Source: Syntrophales bacterium
GTDB taxonomy: Bacteria; Desulfobacterota; Syntrophia; Syntrophales; UBA2185
NCBI GenBank assembly: GCA_049512055.1
Contig: JBEKXK010000002.1
Location: 11,639-75,638, forward strand
DNA: 64,000 nucleotides
Reading direction: 5' to 3'
Part shown: in pieces, positions 27,275 through 36,851 of the stretch
Layout of the letters: each line of letters opens with the position of its first letter
Position numbering within the stretch: position 1 is the stretch's first letter
Notes under the pieces: model-generated
Told to the model about the DNA's origin: nothing
The model's input: the letters and a program-made list of their open reading frames with translations, nothing else
The model's database searches: none
Translations under genes and position numbers: made by a program

Positions 27275-27436
27275 CATAAATAAAACCCCCTCGCATTTGA
27301 GACTGAGTCGTCGCTGTCTGTTATTGTGAACGGGCAAAAGGGTATGTTAGTCTCCTCTGGCTTCCGCCGCTTCACTCACTCACATTGACATTCCGATGCA
27401 GTCCCGCGAGGGGGGATACAAATGATCTTTCCTCCC

Positions 27437-27778
27437 TTATCCTATGGCCTTGCCGCCGCGTTCGCCCGTGCGGATCCGGATAACATCGTGGAGGTCCATC
27501 ACGAATATCTTCCCGTCTCCGATCTCGCCCGTCCGCGCTCCCTTGATGATCGCCTGAATCGTCGGCTCCACAAAATCCTCGTTGCACGCTATCTCCAGCT
27601 TTATCTTCTTCAAGAGGCTTCCCACCTCCTTCGCTCCACGGTAAACCTCCGTCAGCCCCTTCTGCCTCCCCCGTCCAAGCACATTCGATACGGTTACTAA
27701 GTTCACCTCTACGTCCTCCAGCGTCTTCATCACTTCGTCCAGCTTGTGGGGCTGTATTATGGCTACTATATATTTCAT
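27437..27778 (-). CDS. glnK: P-II nitrogen regulatory protein
   Basis: 113 aa. [16 protein letters not shown] and T-loop [17 protein letters not shown]. It lies directly downstream of the ammonium transporter gene. Confidence 0.92.
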   Translation of the reverse strand: MKYIVAIIQPHKLDEVMKTLEDVEVNLVTVSNVLGRGRQKGLTEVYRGAKEVGSLLKKIKLEIACNEDFVEPTIQAIIKGARTGEIGDGKIFVMDLHDVIRIRTGERGGKAIG

Positions 27779-27792
27779 ATCCGTTAACCTCC

Positions 27793-29028
27793 TTATTCTA
27801 CAACCGTGTAGGCGGCTTCACTCTGCTGGGTAAGATCAAGGCCGATGATCTCATCCTTCTTTTCTACCCTGATGCCAACTAAGGCATCTACAAATTTGAA
27901 GATTATCCAGGTCATGACAGCCGCGAACACAGGGGCCACAAGAATAAGCAGCAGTTGAACGAAAAACTGATGAACGTCGCCGAAGAACAGGCCATTCCCA
28001 CCGGCTTCGTTCACGGCCTTCTCGGCAAAGAGTCCTGTTGCGATCGTTCCCCACATCCCGCCGACACCGTGAACGCCAAAAACATCGAGGGCGTCATCAT
28101 ATTTGAATAGCGCCTTTACCTTGGCAATGGCGATGTAGCAGAAAATACTGACGAGGACGCCTATGAATATAGCGTTCATGGGATTCACAAATCCGCAGGC
28201 CGGCGTAATGGCGACGAGGCCTGCAACCGCGCCCGTTGCCGCCCCCAGGATAGTCGGGGCGCCGTGCTGCTGCCATTCGATAAGAGCCCAGGTCAATCCC
28301 GCCGCAGCCGTTGCCGTATTGGTCGTAATAAAGGCATTTGCCGCCAGTTCGTTCGCCGCCAGGGCGCTTCCGGCGTTGAATCCGAACCAGCCGAACCACA
28401 GGAGGGCTGCCCCCAAAACAGTGAAGGGAAGATTGTGCGGCCGGAAGGGCTGCTCCTGATAGCCGATCCTCTTACCGATGAGCAGCGCCATCACCAGCGC
28501 CGATACTCCGGAACTGGTATGGACGACAATGCCGCCCGCGAAATCGAGGGCGCCCAGATTCTTCAACCAGCCGCCCATTCCCCAGACCCAGTGGCCTAAA
28601 GGATCGTAGACAAAGGTCGCCCAGAGAATCGTAAAAAGAAGGAAGGCGGAAAATTTAATCCGTTCCGCAAAGGCGCCCACAATCAATGCCGGTGTGATGA
28701 CGGCGAACATGCACTGGAAAATCATGAAAACGCTATGAGGAATCGTCGCGGCGTAATCAGGATTCGGCTGTCCCCCTACGCCCCTCAGTCCTACCCAGTC
28801 GAAGCCCCCGATGATCCCTGAACCGGTATCCGGACCGAATGTCAAAGAGTATCCATATAAGATCCATTGTAAGCTGATGACGCAAAGTATGATGAAACAT
28901 TGCATCAACAGGGAAAGAACATTTTTCCGCCTCACCAGGCCGCCATAGAAGAAAGCCAGTGCAGGCACCGTCATAAGCAAAACCAACGCTGTCGATGCCA
29001 ATACCCATGCTGTATCGCCTGAATTCAT
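27793..29028 (-). CDS. amtB: ammonium transporter
   Basis: Amt signatures [13 protein letters not shown] and VHGVGGMWG. Start set at MNSGDTAW (29028), 8 nt after AGGAGG. The track start at 29064 would sit at the predicted transcription start site. Confidence 0.92.
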   Translation of the reverse strand: MNSGDTAWVLASTALVLLMTVPALAFFYGGLVRRKNVLSLLMQCFIILCVISLQWILYGYSLTFGPDTGSGIIGGFDWVGLRGVGGQPNPDYAATIPHSVFMIFQCMFAVITPALIVGAFAERIKFSAFLLFTILWATFVYDPLGHWVWGMGGWLKNLGALDFAGGIVVHTSSGVSALVMALLIGKRIGYQEQPFRPHNLPFTVLGAALLWFGWFGFNAGSALAANELAANAFITTNTATAAAGLTWALIEWQQHGAPTILGAATGAVAGLVAITPACGFVNPMNAIFIGVLVSIFCYIAIAKVKALFKYDDALDVFGVHGVGGMWGTIATGLFAEKAVNEAGGNGLFFGDVHQFFVQLLLILVAPVFAAVMTWIIFKFVDALVGIRVEKKDEIIGLDLTQQSEAAYTVVE

Positions 29029-29074
29029 GATATGTACCTCCTGATTCTTGAAATCCATTTTCAATCTCTACAGT

Positions 29075-29090
29075 AGCAATTAAGGTGCCA
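29075..29090 (-). promoter_or_regulatory. sigma-54 (-24/-12) promoter of amtB-glnK
   Basis: Minus strand reads TGGCAC-cttaa-TTGCT, an exact match to TGGCAC-N5-TTGCW spacing. It is about 45 nt upstream of the amtB start. Confidence 0.6.
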
Positions 29091-29237
29091 CGCATAAAAG
29101 TTATTGATTATATTAATTAATGTGCTATAAGAGTGGCGGCGGGCATGAATAAATGTGACAATTTTGTACTATATGAATATGAGTTTGACAAAAATGTAAT
29201 TCCCATGCGCCTCGCGGCTACGGGTCCTCTTTTTCGT

Positions 29238-29266
29238 TTGACACAGAGGCTTGAGCTCACTAATAA
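29238..29266 (+). promoter_or_regulatory. sigma-70-like promoter (TTGACA-17 nt-TAATAA) upstream of the mtnA-like gene
   Basis: TTGACA at 29238..29243, a 17-nt spacer, and TAATAA at 29261..29266. Confidence 0.35.
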
Positions 29267-29302
29267 TGACGCAAATATTTTTTCAAGAGGTGGAAGGTCA
29301 TC

Positions 29303-30331
29303 GTGAGGGCTGATGAAGGACTGCCGTTCCTCCTGCGCTATGAGAATGTGGCGGATTACAGGAATGGCGAGGTGTGGATATTAGATAGGAGAAAATACCC
29401 TGCTTCAGAAGAGTTTGTCCGCTGCGCGGACTATCAAGATGTTGCCCGGGCTATCGCCGACATGGTAACGCAGAGCGGGGGACCCTGGCTGGCAGCCGCC
29501 TACGGAATGGTTAGTGCGGCAAGGGGTGTGCGCAACCTCTCTCGCGAAAGTGCCAAAGAAGAGCTGCAGCGCGCGGCAGAAGCACTGATCTACGCACGGC
29601 CAACCACATCGGCAAATATGAAGATCCACATCATGCGAATTCTCAGGGCAGCCCAGGACGCCATCGACCGAGGAGAGGACGCAGAATCCATTACATATGC
29701 CTACGTGCAGAAAAATCTGGAAAACCGCTACCGCAATTCGCGCCAGATTGCAACGTACGCCTTAGATCTGATGCCTGATGACGTCAGCATACTCACCCAG
29801 TGTTACGCAGAAACCCTCATCGGGTTTGTTCTGCTGGTATCTCAGGAGAAGGGCAAACACGTATCTTTGATCTGCCCGGAGACGAGACCGTATCTCCAGG
29901 GGGCCAGATTGACAGCTAGTGTGGCCTGTGACATGGGCGTGCCGGTGATGGTTATTACAGACAATATGCCTGCATACATCCTCTCAAAAGGAATGGCGCA
30001 GGTGTTCATGTCTGCCGCGGACGTGATCACACTGGACGGTTACGTCGTCAACAAAATCGGCACCTTTCAGATAGCCCTTGCAGCCCATTTTTACAACGTG
30101 CCTTTTTATGCTCTGGGAACGCCCTCCGCAGCTCATCCTGACATCTCGAAGGTTGAGGTTGAAGAGAGAGACCCCGAAGAAACAGTGCACGCCATGGGCA
30201 TCCGCACGGCTAAGGATGGTGTGAAAGGATATTATCCTGCTTTTGATATCACACCTCCTAGATTGATTCGAGCAGTGGTTACGCCGAGAGGGGTCTTTTC
30301 CCCATCAGATTTGAAAGGATATTTTTCATAG
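29303..30331 (+). CDS. eIF-2B alpha/beta/delta-family sugar-phosphate isomerase (divergent MtnA-like, 5-(methylthio/deoxy)ribose-1-phosphate isomerase type)
   Basis: 342 aa with a GTG start. The C-terminal half matches the MtnA pattern (DGYVVNKIGTFQIALAAHFYNVPFYALG..., YPAFDITPPRLIRAVVTPRGVF). The N-terminal region (MVTQSGGPWLAAAYGM) deviates from the canonical M.VRGAPAIG. Confidence 0.75.
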   Translation: MRADEGLPFLLRYENVADYRNGEVWILDRRKYPASEEFVRCADYQDVARAIADMVTQSGGPWLAAAYGMVSAARGVRNLSRESAKEELQRAAEALIYARPTTSANMKIHIMRILRAAQDAIDRGEDAESITYAYVQKNLENRYRNSRQIATYALDLMPDDVSILTQCYAETLIGFVLLVSQEKGKHVSLICPETRPYLQGARLTASVACDMGVPVMVITDNMPAYILSKGMAQVFMSAADVITLDGYVVNKIGTFQIALAAHFYNVPFYALGTPSAAHPDISKVEVEERDPEETVHAMGIRTAKDGVKGYYPAFDITPPRLIRAVVTPRGVFSPSDLKGYFS

Positions 30332-30353
30332 ATACACTCTGTAAGGGGTTCGC

Positions 30354-30992
30354 ATGTTATACGAGGAAGCGCGGAAGGCATTGCTTAAATGCGTCTTAAG
30401 GCTTTACCAAAAAGGTCTTGTACAGTTAAATTCGGGGAACGTGAGCGTTCGTGTCTCTGACGAGCATCTCGTGATTACACCGACGGGGAGATCCTACGAA
30501 GATATGTCGGAAGATGACCTGGTTGTCATTGACCTCAAGGGCAGTGCCGTCGAGGGTAAACACAAACCCTCTTCCGAAACACCCATGCATACAACTGTCT
30601 ACAAGAATATACCTGACGTGAAGGCCATCGCACACACACACTCACCTTTCGCAATGGCCTTTGCTGCAGTGGGGAGAAGCATTCCTATCATCAGCACCGA
30701 AGGACTGGCTGTACGCGGGCCGATACCGGTTGCCGATTATGCATGTCCCGGTACGGAGGCACAGGGCTGGGCTGCAATTAAGGCCATGAAGGGACCGCCG
30801 TATGTAATGGGAACACTGCTTAGGAACCACGGCGTGCTCGTCACAGGAGCAAACCTGTCCCATGCATATTCAATAGCCTGCCGGATCGAAATGGCGGCAA
30901 AGGTTTATTTCCTGGCTCTGCAGATAGGCGAACCTGATGTCCTTACAGACGACCAGATTAAGGAGATCAGAAGCGTATATTTAAGAAAATAG
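30354..30992 (+). CDS. class II aldolase/adducin-family protein
   Basis: 212 aa. SGNVSVR, PSSETPMH and AIAHTHSPFA (zinc His cluster) are typical of FucA/MtnB/Ald2-type enzymes. Confidence 0.85.
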   Translation: MLYEEARKALLKCVLRLYQKGLVQLNSGNVSVRVSDEHLVITPTGRSYEDMSEDDLVVIDLKGSAVEGKHKPSSETPMHTTVYKNIPDVKAIAHTHSPFAMAFAAVGRSIPIISTEGLAVRGPIPVADYACPGTEAQGWAAIKAMKGPPYVMGTLLRNHGVLVTGANLSHAYSIACRIEMAAKVYFLALQIGEPDVLTDDQIKEIRSVYLRK

Positions 30993-31028
30993 GGAACGCT
31001 GTCCCTATTGATCACGAGGTTGGCACCC

Positions 31029-31859
31029 ATGATAAATTTCTTTAAAATGAGCGGCAGCGGAAATGATTTTATCCTGATCGATAACAGGGATCAGTCCCTG
31101 GCCCTCGAAAACATCGCAGAATTTGTAAGAACAATATGCGAACGTAAGGTATCGGTGGGCGCAGACGGCTTGATCATTATCGAAGATTCCCGGCGCGCTG
31201 ATTTCCGGTGGCGTTTTTTCAACGCCGACGGGAGCGAAGTGGATATGTGCGGAAACGGAGCCAGGTGTGCTGCTCGTTTCGCCTGTATCAGAGGGATCGC
31301 AAAAGAAGAAATGTCCTTCGAGACCGGAGCAGGCATCATCTATGCCGAGGTCCGAGGGGATACGGTAAAAGTAAGATTAACAGACCCACACGCCATGAAG
31401 GCCAATATTTCAGTTATGATCGACGGGAAACCGATTGAGGTCAACTTCGTCAATACAGGGGTCCCTCATGCCGTTCTCTTCGTTCATGATCTGGATAGGT
31501 ACGATGTATTTAATATAGGCCGTCAGATTCGCTACCACAAGGAATTTCAGCCCGAGGGCACGAATGCGAACTTCATGGAAGTCATCGACAGACACACTAT
31601 CAGGATCAGGACGTATGAGAGAGGCGTAGAAGACGAAACCCTTGCCTGTGGAACCGGTGCTGTCGCATCTGCCCTAATGTCATCTTCGCGGGGATTGGTG
31701 GAATCGCCGGTCGATGTAAAGGTGAAAAGCGGAGAGACGTTGAAGATATATTTCGACAAGAAGGATCAGAGTTTTGAGGATATTTATCTTGAAGGAAAAG
31801 CCAATGTGGTTTATGAAGGGCGCATCTGGGACGAGGCTTACAAGCGCTGGGAGGCTTAG
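31029..31859 (+). CDS. dapF: diaminopimelate epimerase
   Basis: MSGSGNDFILIDNR and the active-site context NADGSEVDMCGNGARC, plus a second Cys in LACGTGAVA. Start taken at the ATG after GAGG; the track TTG start at 31008 is in frame. Confidence 0.9.
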   Translation: MINFFKMSGSGNDFILIDNRDQSLALENIAEFVRTICERKVSVGADGLIIIEDSRRADFRWRFFNADGSEVDMCGNGARCAARFACIRGIAKEEMSFETGAGIIYAEVRGDTVKVRLTDPHAMKANISVMIDGKPIEVNFVNTGVPHAVLFVHDLDRYDVFNIGRQIRYHKEFQPEGTNANFMEVIDRHTIRIRTYERGVEDETLACGTGAVASALMSSSRGLVESPVDVKVKSGETLKIYFDKKDQSFEDIYLEGKANVVYEGRIWDEAYKRWEA

Positions 31860-31886
31860 ACTAATAATAACCGGAGGTGTTTTGTC

Positions 31887-33053
31887 TTGCAGATTGCCGA
31901 CCGCCTGAAAAAGATTCCACCTTACCTGTTTGTGGAGCTGAGAAAAAAGATTAACAAGGCGAAAGCCGAGGGCATTGACGTCATCAGTCTCGCCATCGGA
32001 GATCCCGTGGAACCAACACCGGACTCGATCATCGATGAGCTCTGCAGGAAAGCGTGGGATCCGGAAAATCACCGATACCCGACGGATGAGGAAAAAGGCA
32101 TGTTCGCTTTCCGTCAGGAGATTGCCCGGTGGTACAACACGAGATATGGTGTGGCTCTCGATCCGGGATCTGAAATCCTCGGCCTCATAGGCTCCAAAGA
32201 AGGCTGCCATCACTTCGTCCTGGGCTGCATAAATCCCGGCGATACTGTGCTGATGACGGATCCCGGATATCCGGCCTACCGTGCAAGCATCCTGATGGGC
32301 GGCGGTGTTCCTTACAACGTGCCGATTCTCGCGGAGAACAGATATCTGCCTGTGTTCGAAGATATCCCGACAGAAATCGCAAGAAAGGCGCGGGGGATAT
32401 TCCTCAACTATCCCAATAATCCCACAGGCGCCTGCGCGACAAAGGAGTTCTTCCATCGCCTGGTGGAATTTGCCAGGCAGTTTGACATTGCCGTCTGCTA
32501 TGATAACCCCTATGGTGAAATCCTCTTTGACGGACAGGAGCGCCTAAGTTATCTCATGGCCGGCGGGGCCAAGGACGTAGGCATTGAGTTAAATTCCCTT
32601 TCCAAACTCTTCAATATGACAGGCTGGCGGATCGGGATGGCGGTGGGTAACGTCGACATCATTTCCGCCATGAGCAAGGTAAAAGAAAATACCGATTCCG
32701 GCATCTTCAATCCTATCCAGTACGCGGGGGTCCATGCACTGAAATACGAAGCAAAGAACATCGACTACATGCTCAAGATCTACGGACGGCGGCGGGAAAT
32801 GGTGCTCGAAACACTCAGGCGCATCGGGATAGTCTTTGATGCTCCCAAGGGGACATTCTATTTATGGGTGCCCGTGCCACGGGGCATTAAATCACTCGAA
32901 TTTACAAACCTCCTCTTTGATAAGGCAGCCATTGTCGTAGCGGCGGGCACGGCATACGGCCAGTATGGTGAAGGGTATATCAGAATAGCTCTTACGGTGC
33001 CGGATGCAAGGCTCAAGGAGGCGATGGAGCGGATCGAGAAGGCATTGTCCTGA
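31887..33053 (+). CDS. dapL: LL-diaminopimelate aminotransferase-type class I/II aminotransferase
   Basis: 388 aa. N-terminus LKKIPPYLFVEL and PLP-Lys context NSLSKLFNMTGWRIG. It is adjacent to dapF. The TTG start follows GGAGG. Confidence 0.75.
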   Translation: MQIADRLKKIPPYLFVELRKKINKAKAEGIDVISLAIGDPVEPTPDSIIDELCRKAWDPENHRYPTDEEKGMFAFRQEIARWYNTRYGVALDPGSEILGLIGSKEGCHHFVLGCINPGDTVLMTDPGYPAYRASILMGGGVPYNVPILAENRYLPVFEDIPTEIARKARGIFLNYPNNPTGACATKEFFHRLVEFARQFDIAVCYDNPYGEILFDGQERLSYLMAGGAKDVGIELNSLSKLFNMTGWRIGMAVGNVDIISAMSKVKENTDSGIFNPIQYAGVHALKYEAKNIDYMLKIYGRRREMVLETLRRIGIVFDAPKGTFYLWVPVPRGIKSLEFTNLLFDKAAIVVAAGTAYGQYGEGYIRIALTVPDARLKEAMERIEKALS

Positions 33054-33163
33054 TATGATCTAAATTTTTTTCCGACCATTTTCTCGAGTTGTTATTAGTT
33101 GACTACCTATAGCGTCCTATATCTCTTTCTCCGGGCAGCCAAGTATTCATTTGACTATTGCCA

Positions 33164-34318
33164 TCAAAAATGTCTGGCAACGAATTTCCTTATAATCCTT
33201 CCGGGAAATGTCTCCCTTGCGTGGAGAGCGCCATAGGGACAAACCTCAAGGCAACAGAAGCAGCGGATACAGCGGTCATAATCAAAAGAGAGCTTCTTTT
33301 CACGCAAAGAAATTGCCCCTGCAGGACAGATTTTCCAGCACTCGCCGCACATCTGGCAGGTTAGATCATGAGGGACAGGCCTCTGGAGAAGGTGTCTTCT
33401 GATAAACCCGTAAAGTTTTCGCGGCCCATACATAAGTGGACTGATACGGGGGAGCCTGAAATCGTGAATTATCGGAAGATCGCCATCAATCTCGATATCC
33501 GTTTCCATGATGCCCATATCTCTTGCCGCTTTCAGTGTCGGCAGCCTGTCTGCGTCCAACCCCAGCATCCTGCAGACAGTGCTGTCTACGGCAAAGGCAT
33601 CACTGCTGCCCATCAAAATACCGAGCTCTCTCGGTCTACCGCTTTTCCCCGGACCTTCGCCTTCCATAGCCAGGATCCCATCGAGAATTGTAAATGATGG
33701 CCTGATTCTCTGATAAATCATAACTAGTAGTTTCGCAAACATGGTGCGGTCGATGCCTGTCCGCATGTGCCACTCCGCTTTTCTGTAACCGACAACGCAG
33801 CCGAACATGTTCTTCACTCCGAGGGTCAGGAGCATCTGACTGTGCGTCTTGAGTTTGGGAAGGTTGATAATTACATCTGCATGCATTACATCCGCGGCTA
33901 TCTCAATTGCATTAAACGGTTCGCCGATATCGGTTTTCAGCGAGTTCTCAAATGCCCTGCAGTCGACGTTGAGCCCGGCAAGTGCATCCCCTATGCCGCT
34001 GTCCTTCATGATTTTCTCAAAAGAACCTATGGCGGGACTATCCGAAACCTGCGGGCGGGCGCCCTTTTGCAGAACATATTCCACTGCCGCCTTGACAATC
34101 ATGGGATGTGTCAGTACGGCCTCCTCTGGCGCAGCCGCTGATAGCATGTTCGGCTTGATAAGAACACGGTCTCCCCTTCCGATCAGATCGCCTCCAATTG
34201 TCTCCATGTTCTCGAAGAATGCAGCTTTGACCATGTTATAATCATACGTGGATTTTTTCAGTATTACTTTAGTCATGGGCATGATGGTTTTTTCATTCCC
34301 TTCTTTTTCATGTTGCAT
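33164..34318 (-). CDS. DUF362-domain protein with C-terminal 2x[4Fe-4S] ferredoxin domain
   Basis: 384 aa. The DUF362-like core is GDRVLIKPNMLSAAAPEEAVLTHP. The C-terminus has CQMCGECWKICP and CIRCFCCLEVCP. The true start may be MPMTKV (34282) or MTKV (34276). Confidence 0.8.
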   Translation of the reverse strand: MQHEKEGNEKTIMPMTKVILKKSTYDYNMVKAAFFENMETIGGDLIGRGDRVLIKPNMLSAAAPEEAVLTHPMIVKAAVEYVLQKGARPQVSDSPAIGSFEKIMKDSGIGDALAGLNVDCRAFENSLKTDIGEPFNAIEIAADVMHADVIINLPKLKTHSQMLLTLGVKNMFGCVVGYRKAEWHMRTGIDRTMFAKLLVMIYQRIRPSFTILDGILAMEGEGPGKSGRPRELGILMGSSDAFAVDSTVCRMLGLDADRLPTLKAARDMGIMETDIEIDGDLPIIHDFRLPRISPLMYGPRKLYGFIRRHLLQRPVPHDLTCQMCGECWKICPAGAISLREKKLSFDYDRCIRCFCCLEVCPYGALHARETFPGRIIRKFVARHF

Positions 34319-34449
34319 TCATTTCTTGACAAAAATAAATTTTCAAGTAAAAGCTTCATGCCACTAAGGAAGGATTGAAATCAAAATTATGTTGTGGTTA
34401 ATCTGCATGTCGGATATAATCAGCAACATAATTTTTGACCAATTGATAT

Positions 34450-35670
34450 ATGAAAAATTTCAGCATTAATAGATATTCATCAGGATCTGTTTATTTAAAA
34501 ATCGGTGTCGCCGCAATCATACTCTTACTTCTTTCAAACCTGCTTTTATTATACCTCTTTGTCAAAGAAAGAAATAACAATAAGAATCTCATCGGTCTTA
34601 TCGACAGAGCAGGCAAGGACTTCAATCAAATCCATGAATCATTGAAGCAGAAGGATATGCAAAAGGCCTTCCGGTATCTGACGGAAGCGCAAAAACAGGT
34701 GGTCGCGATGCTGCCGGCCGCGCCCGTGCCGGCAGAAAAGACGGCAGCGGCAACAAAAGAACAGCAGCCTGCACCGCCCGCGCAGGCTAAAGCATCAGCC
34801 ACGACGGTTGCGAGTGCGCCCGCTTCCCTACAGGATGCGCCCTACACATTTGTCTTTGCCGATGCGGGCGAATACCTCCTCATCTGTGAAAAGGACTCGA
34901 AAATTCTGTACGTCTTCCGCTTTTCAGACGGCAAATTCTCCCTTGTAAAGCAGTACCCGTGTGTCATCGGGGCGAATAATCATGGCAAGATGCGAGAAGG
35001 GGACTTTGCAACTCCCGAAGGGGTTTACTTCTTCTTAAGATTTGCCCCAGGCAAAACACTCGCGGAAAACTATGGGTATGGAGCTTTCGTTCTAAATTAT
35101 CCAAATTTCCTGGATCGGAAAGAAAGAAAAGATGGGGGAGGCATCTGGTTGCACGGCCATAGCTCGGGCAAAGTATTGGGAGCGGATGTACCGGATACAA
35201 AAGGCTGTATCGTGGTGAGCAATGATGCATTGAGAGAAATGAGCGGTTACCTGAAGTCGAACGGCACTCCTATTGCAATTGTCAACAAGCTCCAGTTTAC
35301 AAATCTCGAAAGTCAGAAGGAATTAGCGAGAGAACTGAGAAACTTCATCAATTCCTGGAGACTCTCATGGGAGAGCATCAACACGAAAAAATATATGAGC
35401 TTCTATTCCCCGACATTTGTTAACAGCGAGGGGATGAGCTTCAATGCCTTCAAGCATCACAAGGAAAAGACCAACAAGAGCAAAAAATTCATTCGCGTAA
35501 AAGTTGAAAATCTCGCGATCCTTATGCCGCCGGAATATGGCGGCAATGTTGCCGTGGCCAGATTTCAACAAAGATATGCTTCCAACAATTTCAAGAGCGA
35601 CAGCAAGAAAATATTTTACCTGAAAAAAGGGCAAGCCGGATGGCAAATCATAGGCGAATCTTCATATTAG
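34450..35670 (+). CDS. YkuD-fold L,D-transpeptidase/carboxypeptidase with C-terminal NTF2-like domain (Csd6/Pgp2-like architecture)
   Basis: 406 aa. N-terminal TM anchor and an Ala/Pro-rich linker. The catalytic motif is GGGIWLHGH...TKGCIVV (His/Cys). The C-terminal ~110 aa (FINSWRLSWESINTKKYMSFYSP...) resembles an NTF2/SnoaL-like fold. Confidence 0.8.
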   Translation: MKNFSINRYSSGSVYLKIGVAAIILLLLSNLLLLYLFVKERNNNKNLIGLIDRAGKDFNQIHESLKQKDMQKAFRYLTEAQKQVVAMLPAAPVPAEKTAAATKEQQPAPPAQAKASATTVASAPASLQDAPYTFVFADAGEYLLICEKDSKILYVFRFSDGKFSLVKQYPCVIGANNHGKMREGDFATPEGVYFFLRFAPGKTLAENYGYGAFVLNYPNFLDRKERKDGGGIWLHGHSSGKVLGADVPDTKGCIVVSNDALREMSGYLKSNGTPIAIVNKLQFTNLESQKELARELRNFINSWRLSWESINTKKYMSFYSPTFVNSEGMSFNAFKHHKEKTNKSKKFIRVKVENLAILMPPEYGGNVAVARFQQRYASNNFKSDSKKIFYLKKGQAGWQIIGESSY

Positions 35671-36563
35671 TATGCACTACAGTTGTCTGTCTTTTTATTG
35701 CAACCAATTCTCTTACAATTAAGCAGGATGTTTCAGCGAAGCCGAAGAAACCCTCTTTCCAGGTTCAAAGGTTTTTTGCCGGCACAAGCCAGGAAGTGTC
35801 CGTATTCTTTGTTTCCGGAGAGGAGAAAGGTCCTACCCTGCTTATCATCGCCGGAATCCATGGTGATGAATCCGGCGGTTATCTAACGGCAGAAAGATAT
35901 GCGGACATCAAAGTAAAAAAGGGAACCTTGATTGTAGTGCCGCGTCTGAATTTGCCAGCCATAGCAAAGGGGAAACGCCAGGGCCTGAGCGGTGACATGA
36001 ATCGCCTTTTTCATCTGCCTGAAGACGTCTACTCCACTCCTGACACCAAAGTTGTGAACCTTGCCAAATCTCTTATTAAACGCGCCGACTATGTCCTTAA
36101 TCTCCATCAAGGTGAGGGCTTCTATTCCCCCAAGTGGATATCCCACAGGAGAAATCCTTTCAGATGGGGACAGTGCAATGTCATTGACGCTCCCATTTTC
36201 GATCTGCCTAACGGAGATAAACTTGAACTCGCGAGCTTTGCAAAGAAGATAGCATCCAGTTCAAATTCCAAAATCAAAGATAAGAAATATCATTTTCAGG
36301 TTAACAACACCAATACGGCAAGCAGTAAGTCCGGTCACAAGGAGCAGAGAAGATCACTCACTTATTACGCCCTTTGCCAACAACACAAAACGTCTTTGGC
36401 TCTGGAATCAACGAAGAACTGCACAGTGCCCCAGGCCGTCGGATTTTTAACAATCGCCATCAATTCAGTTATAGACGCGGTGGGAATTCAAGCAGAGAAT
36501 CTTCCTTCCGCGGATCCCGTCACGATCAGGAAAGAGTTTGCTGACAAGAAACTTAAAATGTAA
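35640..36563 (+). CDS. secreted M14/AstE-AspA-type zinc carboxypeptidase (Csd4/Pgp1-like candidate)
   Basis: 307 aa. Signal anchor MANHRRIFILVCTTVVCLFIA, zinc motif IIAGIHGDESGG, and a second ligand context LNLHQGEG. It overlaps the upstream gene by 31 nt. Confidence 0.7.
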   Translation: MANHRRIFILVCTTVVCLFIATNSLTIKQDVSAKPKKPSFQVQRFFAGTSQEVSVFFVSGEEKGPTLLIIAGIHGDESGGYLTAERYADIKVKKGTLIVVPRLNLPAIAKGKRQGLSGDMNRLFHLPEDVYSTPDTKVVNLAKSLIKRADYVLNLHQGEGFYSPKWISHRRNPFRWGQCNVIDAPIFDLPNGDKLELASFAKKIASSSNSKIKDKKYHFQVNNTNTASSKSGHKEQRRSLTYYALCQQHKTSLALESTKNCTVPQAVGFLTIAINSVIDAVGIQAENLPSADPVTIRKEFADKKLKM

Positions 36564-36670
36564 AGTTTTTTTGCCGCTCCTTGCCATCTCCCGAAAGGAT
36601 TATTAACTCCATGTAATCCGTGGCTGCAAGGACTTCTTCTCGAAAGTTTCCTAAAGGTTTCCTTTTGTCA

Positions 36671-36699
36671 TTGACATGCCAATCTCTTTATCCTATATT
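36671..36699 (+). promoter_or_regulatory. sigma-70-like promoter (TTGACA-17 nt-TATATT) with ~150-nt leader before the GGDEF gene
   Basis: TTGACA at 36671..36676, a 17-nt spacer, and TATATT at 36694..36699. Confidence 0.45.
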
Positions 36700-36851
36700 T
36701 GGTTGCCATTAAAGAAACGAGAGATCATCAGGCAGCTAAGTAACCGTCTATACGTATGAAAATACGCTGTCAGCTGTTTGAACCCGTATCGCCAGAACGA
36801 ATAGTGATAAATCCTAAAGAATTAGAGAAGGCGCGATAAGAGGAACCCTTC

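Noticed and set aside
31680-32456. 258-aa minus-strand ORF across the dapF/dapL junction
   Set aside because: Antisense to two well-supported genes, and it spans their intergenic spacer.
33068-33104. Shared words TTTTCCGACCAT ... TAGTTGACT just after the dapL stop and again at 38218..38275 just after the GGDEF gene stop
   Set aside because: Many 12-mer coincidences are expected by chance in 64 kb. The spacing between the two words differs (16 versus 37 nt), and no structure is common to both. A genome-wide motif search might be worthwhile, but this is not supportable as a feature.
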